In this document: in pieces, positions 62,742-64,000 of the stretch | How the letters are laid out: every line of letters starts with the position of its first letter | Numbering within the stretch: position 1 is the stretch's first letter | Source of the DNA: Candidatus Hydrogenedentota bacterium | Lineage (GTDB): Bacteria > Hydrogenedentota > Hydrogenedentia > Hydrogenedentales > SLHB01 | Assembly (NCBI GenBank): GCA_963674865.2 | Contig: CAXXYE010000009.1 | Location: 800,001 to 864,000 of the forward strand | Direction: 5' to 3' | Length of the DNA stretch: 64,000 bases | Program-made: the position numbers and the translations under genes | Notes under the pieces: model-generated | Database searches by the model: none | What the model was told of the DNA's origin: nothing | What the model saw: the letters and a program-made list of their open reading frames with translations, nothing else

Positions 62742-63575
62742 ATGAAAGTCGGAATGTTGACCGCCCCGTTTGATAAAGAGGATTTCGAGACGGTACTCGA
62801 CTTCGCCGAGGAGTCGGCGATCCCATGTCTCGAAGTCATTGCCCAGCCCGGCAGCAAGCACATTGACCCTGCCCGGTTGACGGCCGCCAAAACCGCGAAG
62901 ATCCGTGATGCCGTCGGTGAGCGCGGCCTCGAAATATCGGGCCTCGCCTACTACAGCACGAGCATCACGAATCCCAAGAAAGTCAAACAAGTCCAGGCCC
63001 ATGCCAAGAAGACCATCGACGCGGCCGCCGCGCTCGGCGTGTCTACCGTTTGCATGCTTGCGGGCGCACCCGCCGAGGGCATGAACAAGATCGAGACGAT
63101 CAAGAAGGTTCTTCCCAAGGCGTTCCGGCCCGTGCTTACGCACGCCCGCAAGAAGAAGATAAACATCGCTCTCGAGAACTGGTTCGCCACCTGTCTTCAG
63201 GGCGTCAATACCTTCGAGTGCCTTTTCGAAGCCATCCCGGACGCCAATTTCGGACTCAACTACGACCCGTCCCACCTGTACCATCAGGAATGCGACTATC
63301 TGCTGCCCGTGTCCATGTTTGCCGGGCGGATCTTTCACACCCACGCGAAAGACACGCTCGTCGACAAGGCCAAGCGCGCCAACATCGGGATCTACGCGGA
63401 TGGCTGGTGGCGCTATGTTATCCCCGGCTTCGGCAATATCAACTGGGGCGAGTACATCACGCATCTGCGGATGAACGGCTACGACGGCGTTCTCAGCATC
63501 GAACACGAAGACGGCACCCAAACGCGCGAAGAGGGTTTCCTTCGCGGCGCGTGGTTCCTCGAACAGTTCTGCTGA
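62742..63575 (+). CDS. Sugar phosphate isomerase/epimerase
   Basis: IALEN, GLNYDPSHL, HTHAKD, PGFGNINW and SIEHED. Confidence 0.9.
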   Translation: MKVGMLTAPFDKEDFETVLDFAEESAIPCLEVIAQPGSKHIDPARLTAAKTAKIRDAVGERGLEISGLAYYSTSITNPKKVKQVQAHAKKTIDAAAALGVSTVCMLAGAPAEGMNKIETIKKVLPKAFRPVLTHARKKKINIALENWFATCLQGVNTFECLFEAIPDANFGLNYDPSHLYHQECDYLLPVSMFAGRIFHTHAKDTLVDKAKRANIGIYADGWWRYVIPGFGNINWGEYITHLRMNGYDGVLSIEHEDGTQTREEGFLRGAWFLEQFC

Positions 63576-63609
63576 GAAAGCGTACCTCGGGCCACCGGAA
63601 GACACTGCT

Positions 63610-64000
63610 GTGGAGCCTTTGGCCGGCAAGAATGAGTCCTTGGGCCGCGACCTTGCCCTTTTCGTCACGGCGGCTTTCCTGTTCCGCGCCGGATTCTGGA
63701 TGGCCATGCCGCGCGTCCTCGATACGGCGGATGCCATTCACTATCTCGACGTGGCCAAGGCCCTTCTCGCGTGCGATTTCTTCGGCTATGAGGCTCGGAT
63801 CCCGACGCTGTTCCCGGCGCTGACGGCGCTGGTTCACTTGGCCGTTCCCGACATCGAGGTCGCTGCGCGGCTTGTGTCGCTCGCGGCGTCCACGCTGCTG
63901 GTTATCCCTGTGTATCAGCTCTCGCGGGAGTTGCACGGCCGGCCCGCCGCCGTGCTCTCGGCAATCACGATATCGATCTGGCCGTGGCTTGCGGACTACG
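63610..64000 (+). CDS. GT-C glycosyltransferase (ArnT/PMT-like), 3' truncated by the window
   Basis: Hand-translated open frame from GTG 63610: ..DLALFVTAAFLFRAGFW..DTADAIHYLDVAK...PTLFPAL..ARLVSLAASTLLVIPVY.L.RELHG..; not in the ORF track. Confidence 0.75.
   Translation, partial: MEPLAGKNESLGRDLALFVTAAFLFRAGFWMAMPRVLDTADAIHYLDVAKALLACDFFGYEARIPTLFPALTALVHLAVPDIEVAARLVSLAASTLLVIPVYQLSRELHGRPAAVLSAITISIWPWLADY

Overview
This is a GC-rich bacterial chromosomal window with about 46 protein genes. I found no rRNA, tRNA, CRISPR array, transposase or phage gene. The gene types (PASTA lipoprotein starting GCPP, DUF2950-like pilin, membrane-anchored ECF sigma factor, many sugar enzymes, lptFG) suggest a diderm such as Candidatus Hydrogenedentota or a PVC-like lineage; this is inference only. 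Housekeeping genes: xseA, the start of xseB, glyA, glmS, surE, lptF/lptG and a WecA-like transferase. There is a TetR-controlled MacAB-type exporter and many carbohydrate genes. Main unexplained signals: (1) a 161-nt non-coding element present twice (30165-30325 and 35408-35568), about 81% identical and gap-free, with compensatory base changes and GNRA tetraloops, so a candidate new structured RNA or small mobile element; (2) a surface PASTA lipoprotein with a hidden Cys-His-Asp papain-like module, convergent with a membrane-tethered ECF sigma factor split by a frameshift in a C6 tract; (3) a cluster of two radical SAM enzymes, a DegT aminotransferase, a flippase-like protein, a GT-C/TPR protein and an MFS-spermidine-synthase fusion; (4) a ~36-nt repeat present three times; (5) a 36-aa membrane peptide missing from the ORF track; (6) a lone pilin with a sigma54 promoter. 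All product calls come from motif recognition by eye; no database searches were run.
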